Translations under genes and position numbers: made by a program
The notes under the pieces: model-generated
What the model was told of the DNA's origin: nothing
Database searches by the model: none
The model's input: only the letters and a program-made list of their open reading frames with translations
NCBI GenBank assembly: GCA_965205025.1
Contig: CBDBFU010000002.1
Coordinates: 64,001-128,000, forward strand
From: Candidatus Poribacteria bacterium
GTDB taxonomy: Bacteria > Poribacteria > WGA-4E > WGA-3G
DNA length: 64,000 nucleotides
Reading direction: 5' to 3'
Shown: positions 60,555-64,000 of the stretch, piece after piece
How positions within the stretch are numbered: the stretch's first letter is position 1
Layout of the letters: each line of letters begins with the position of its first letter

Positions 60555-62862
60555 ATCCCAAATATCACTTACTTATCACCAAACCGTAAATTACAATAAT
60601 TGGGGAAAAGCCTTGCGAATTATATTTTTTATACTGGTTTGCGTCGTCTTAGTGGGGATAGCACATCACGTTGTGTTGGCAGTAGAATCTGAAGAACCAG
60701 CAAGCGATGTAAATGCTACAAAAACCAGAGATGAACAAAGCCGTCAAATCCTTATTGAAACTGCACGTTTAGAGATGGAATTGGCGGAAAACCTTATGAA
60801 TAAGAAAAAGGTTGAACTTGATAACTTACGAAAGATGGTTGAAGAGGAAAACAATATCATCACTGTAGCTGAAGTAAACAATGCTGAGGAGGCTTATGAA
60901 AGTGCTGTTTCCGAACATGAAAAAGCTAAACTAAATCTACAGAAAGTAGAATTGGATTCACTCAAGAATGCTTGGCACATTACTGTTGAGAGCACACGGC
61001 TTTATGAATCTCGTGAGGGTCGTGAGATGTTTTCAATTACACTTCAAAACAGTTCATTACCTGTAAAATTAGTTGAGAGTTCCAAAGTTATGGGACGAGA
61101 TATCGTGATTAGTGCACAAATTGATGATATCTTCGTATCAATAAAAGAAAAAGAGGAATTTGGTTCAGGTGGAGCGATTATTGCTGAACCCTACGAACGG
61201 CGTATCAAAACACTCAAAGAGGATGAATCTACTACTTTGGAATTTGAACTTATCAAAGAAGATGTGCGGGATGTTGTTGTCCATTTAAAATACCTTGATA
61301 CAACGGATGAACGGAACATACATCTAAAACAGGAAGATCCATATATCTCTGTAGTTTCAACAAGGCGATATAAAGAAGGTGATCGTAGACGTATTGAAAT
61401 TGTTCTGACTTATGGTGCGGTGAAGGATGAAACCGAAGAGACTAACGTTAACACTGCCCAAGAAATTAACAATGTCTATGTTTCTATCAAAGATGAGAAT
61501 GCAGCCATTATCGGTTTCCCTTATGAATTCCGTATTCCGACACTAAAAGATGGACAAAAAAAGACACTTGATTTTGAATTACGACGCAACGTGGATAGTC
61601 TCACGGTTAATCTAAGATACTTAGATAGGGAATATCCGTATAAAATCCACCTTGAAGAAGACACCCGTCACATTTCAATTCTCAGCGCCAAGAAATTCCG
61701 AATTGAGAACCAAATGATGGTAACTATTCAACTGAAGAATACATCAACAACAGAGGCAATGCCAAGTAATGCTACACCTGAAGAAATTGCTGCAGCAAAT
61801 GAAATTCGCTCTATATATGTCTCTTTACTTGATGCAGTAGACAGCACAAATATCGTTAAACCGTATGAAGAGAAAATACCGGTACTCGGTTACAATGAAA
61901 CAGTAGATTTGACATTCCAACTTCAGAAAGACGTTGATAGTCTTAAGGTTTCAATGAAGTATCCTGAACTTGCTGAACCTGATATGCGTCTGATCTATCT
62001 TCAGAAAGAATCTGCATTGGATGTTGTAAATGTCAGTTCGTTAAGGTTTTCTCAGGAAGGGAATTTGGGTAGCAGTGTAACCTATGATTTAACCTTGGAT
62101 AGGTTGGCAGAAACAGAAAATACCTTCCAGTTGCGTGTCATCAACCTATTGAATCGTCTCTCGTTTGAATTCCAAGACCCGGAAACAAAATCTCGACAAT
62201 CTCAAGTAAAATTTACACAAGAACAATCTAAGCGAAACCTATCATTAATTGTGTATCTACCGGAAGAACTGGATGCGACCTACCTTGACAATACCCTGGA
62301 GTTCTATGTTGCTGTGGTTGATGAAACAGAGGCGAATGAACTTGGAGGAGTTAATAATCGGTTAGATTTACCAGATGAAAAGATTGCCAGTATACAAGGT
62401 GGCGTTGAGCGTTTTGAATTAATTCCAAAAGGAGTACCGGAGATTGAGGTGTCTGTTCAAAATGCGTTTCAGACGATAAAGATCGATGAGCAAGTTAACA
62501 TGACTGCCAAGTTGAAGAACATCGGCACACGCGATCTTATTGATCTTCGTATGATTGTGGATGTTAATCCAGATTGGAAATACACAGTCACACCAGAAGT
62601 CATCAGTTCACTTCAACGGAACGAGGAAAAAGAAATACAACTAACACTAAATCCTCCAGGGGATATTAGTGTGGGTGAATATCAAGCAAAGTTAACTGCT
62701 GAGGTGACCGTTGATAATCGAGAATTTGAAGCACGCGACCGTTCCATCACAATACTGATTGAATCAAAATCACAATTATCAATCACAACAATGTTGGTTG
62801 GTGCATTGATACTTATAATGATTGGTATTGTTATTGTCACAGTCCGAATTAGTCGACGATAA
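60526..62862 (+). CDS. Membrane-anchored extracytoplasmic protein: coiled coil, repeated Ig-like modules, C-terminal NEW3/NPCBM-associated-like domain
   Basis: N-terminal TM; three internal repeats of I..(I/V)(F/Y)VS...PYE..I..L; KNIGTRDL..PDW...PGDISVGEY; C-terminal TM followed by RR; start overlaps the ATPase. Confidence 0.7.
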   Translation: MNHQKTPVRKSQISLTYHQTVNYNNWGKALRIIFFILVCVVLVGIAHHVVLAVESEEPASDVNATKTRDEQSRQILIETARLEMELAENLMNKKKVELDNLRKMVEEENNIITVAEVNNAEEAYESAVSEHEKAKLNLQKVELDSLKNAWHITVESTRLYESREGREMFSITLQNSSLPVKLVESSKVMGRDIVISAQIDDIFVSIKEKEEFGSGGAIIAEPYERRIKTLKEDESTTLEFELIKEDVRDVVVHLKYLDTTDERNIHLKQEDPYISVVSTRRYKEGDRRRIEIVLTYGAVKDETEETNVNTAQEINNVYVSIKDENAAIIGFPYEFRIPTLKDGQKKTLDFELRRNVDSLTVNLRYLDREYPYKIHLEEDTRHISILSAKKFRIENQMMVTIQLKNTSTTEAMPSNATPEEIAAANEIRSIYVSLLDAVDSTNIVKPYEEKIPVLGYNETVDLTFQLQKDVDSLKVSMKYPELAEPDMRLIYLQKESALDVVNVSSLRFSQEGNLGSSVTYDLTLDRLAETENTFQLRVINLLNRLSFEFQDPETKSRQSQVKFTQEQSKRNLSLIVYLPEELDATYLDNTLEFYVAVVDETEANELGGVNNRLDLPDEKIASIQGGVERFELIPKGVPEIEVSVQNAFQTIKIDEQVNMTAKLKNIGTRDLIDLRMIVDVNPDWKYTVTPEVISSLQRNEEKEIQLTLNPPGDISVGEYQAKLTAEVTVDNREFEARDRSITILIESKSQLSITTMLVGALILIMIGIVIVTVRISRR

Positions 62863-62904
62863 AGTCTGAGCGTTGACAACTATTCCCAAAAAATGGAGAT
62901 AGAA

Positions 62905-64000
62905 ATGACCCAAAGGATTACACATCTGTGTGATTATCATAATTTATTTTTTATTTTGCTTGTAAACGCTATGTTCATGTTTAGTGGAATTGGTGATGTA
63001 CCTGGTCAAGAAATGGTATCACTTCAGGCAACGCGTGCCATAGAACTCGCCTTACAAAACAACGAAGCAGTAAAAAAAGCAGAAAAAGTAGTGCAACGAG
63101 CAAAGGCAAACCTCGGCGTATCCAAAGCAGTATACTTACCTCAGGTTGGTATTACCAGTGAATATAAACGGCAAAAAGATGGTGATTTTGAAGATAGAGA
63201 TTATCTCACTCGCGCACAAATGAGTTTTCTCTTTGCACAATTCGGTGAAATACCAGACGGACTTGATAATGCACATGAACAGGTACGTAAGGCAGAAATT
63301 GAGTACGAAAGAGTAAAGAAGGAAACTGTTCATGCTGTGCGAAATCTCTGGCATGACATTACACTTACACAAGAGGAAATTACACAACGACAAGCAATTG
63401 AGGTAGAACTACAAAAGAAGCTAAAGGGAACTCAAATCAAACATAAAGAAAAACGTATTCCTTTTCTTAGTCGACTCAATACGGAACTTGAACTATCTGA
63501 ACAACAACTTTCACTAAACAGACTACAACGTCGACTTGATGTTGACACTGCAGAACTCATCCGTCTTACTGGATTGGATCCACTTGCACAGGTGTCTTTA
63601 TCTCAACCACTCACTGACGACGAAGTGACATTGGAAGAAGCAGTTGAACTTGCACTTACAAATCGACTTGATCTGCAAGACTTACAAGGTGATATTACTC
63701 GGCAAGAACGATTGGTTGCAGAGACAATATGGAACAGATTTCCTGAACTCTCCGCTGAAGCACGTTATAGAGACCTACACCTACTATTGGAACAACACCA
63801 ACAGAATAATACCTGGGATGCAAAGGCATTGTATGATCCTGCGATTCTTAATCGGGAAGGCAATCTACCGAGTCCTTTTGAAATAAACCCTCGAACACAA
63901 GATGGTTGGGAACTTCGTTTCAATATCAATATTCCGTTATATGATGGCAAAAAGACTGAAAACCTTCGTTCAGCAGAACTGGCTGAATTGGAACGTCTCC
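62905..64000 (+). CDS. TolC family outer-membrane efflux protein (runs off the window end; not in ORF track)
   Basis: Open frame from ATG 62905: signal-like N-terminus, AIELALQNN...AKANLGVSKAVYLPQV, TLEEAVELALTNRLDL, FNINIPLYDG. Confidence 0.85.
   Translation, partial: MTQRITHLCDYHNLFFILLVNAMFMFSGIGDVPGQEMVSLQATRAIELALQNNEAVKKAEKVVQRAKANLGVSKAVYLPQVGITSEYKRQKDGDFEDRDYLTRAQMSFLFAQFGEIPDGLDNAHEQVRKAEIEYERVKKETVHAVRNLWHDITLTQEEITQRQAIEVELQKKLKGTQIKHKEKRIPFLSRLNTELELSEQQLSLNRLQRRLDVDTAELIRLTGLDPLAQVSLSQPLTDDEVTLEEAVELALTNRLDLQDLQGDITRQERLVAETIWNRFPELSAEARYRDLHLLLEQHQQNNTWDAKALYDPAILNREGNLPSPFEINPRTQDGWELRFNINIPLYDGKKTENLRSAELAELERL

Overview
AT-rich bacterial chromosomal window, probably Candidatus Poribacteria. 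That assignment is an inference from the C-terminal (T/Q)WGx(I/L)K motifs, the PhyH and Gfo/Idh/MocA genes, extended ECF sigma factors and abundant REP/MITE-like repeats. There are four blocks. (1) 1-19.9 kb: metabolic genes (frameshifted PhyH dioxygenase, NAD-dependent epimerase, nadA, Gfo/Idh/MocA), three secreted proteins sharing a C-terminal WG motif, and a 3660-aa Ig-repeat surface protein with a T9SS-CTD-like C-terminus directly upstream of a PorV/PorQ-family barrel. (2) 20.3-32.2 kb: a defence island (type III res - ParA ATPase - HEPN - membrane protein - mod - OLD-like ATPase/TOPRIM), flanked by two inverted homologous non-coding modules; one lies inside a 1.17-kb element with perfect 23-bp terminal inverted repeats. 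(3) A hypothetical gene and nnr. (4) 35-64 kb: an array of 14 ABC-2-type permease copies (10 intact, 1 frameshifted, 3 fragments; three subfamilies with variable extracytoplasmic loops) ending in one ABC ATPase, a membrane-anchored NEW3-like protein and a TolC. The array is interleaved with an ECF sigma factor and two secreted proteins that share one unnamed domain, recurring ECF-type promoters and many recombination scars. Several frameshifts fall in homopolymers and may be sequencing errors. All family calls are from motif recognition by eye, not database searches.
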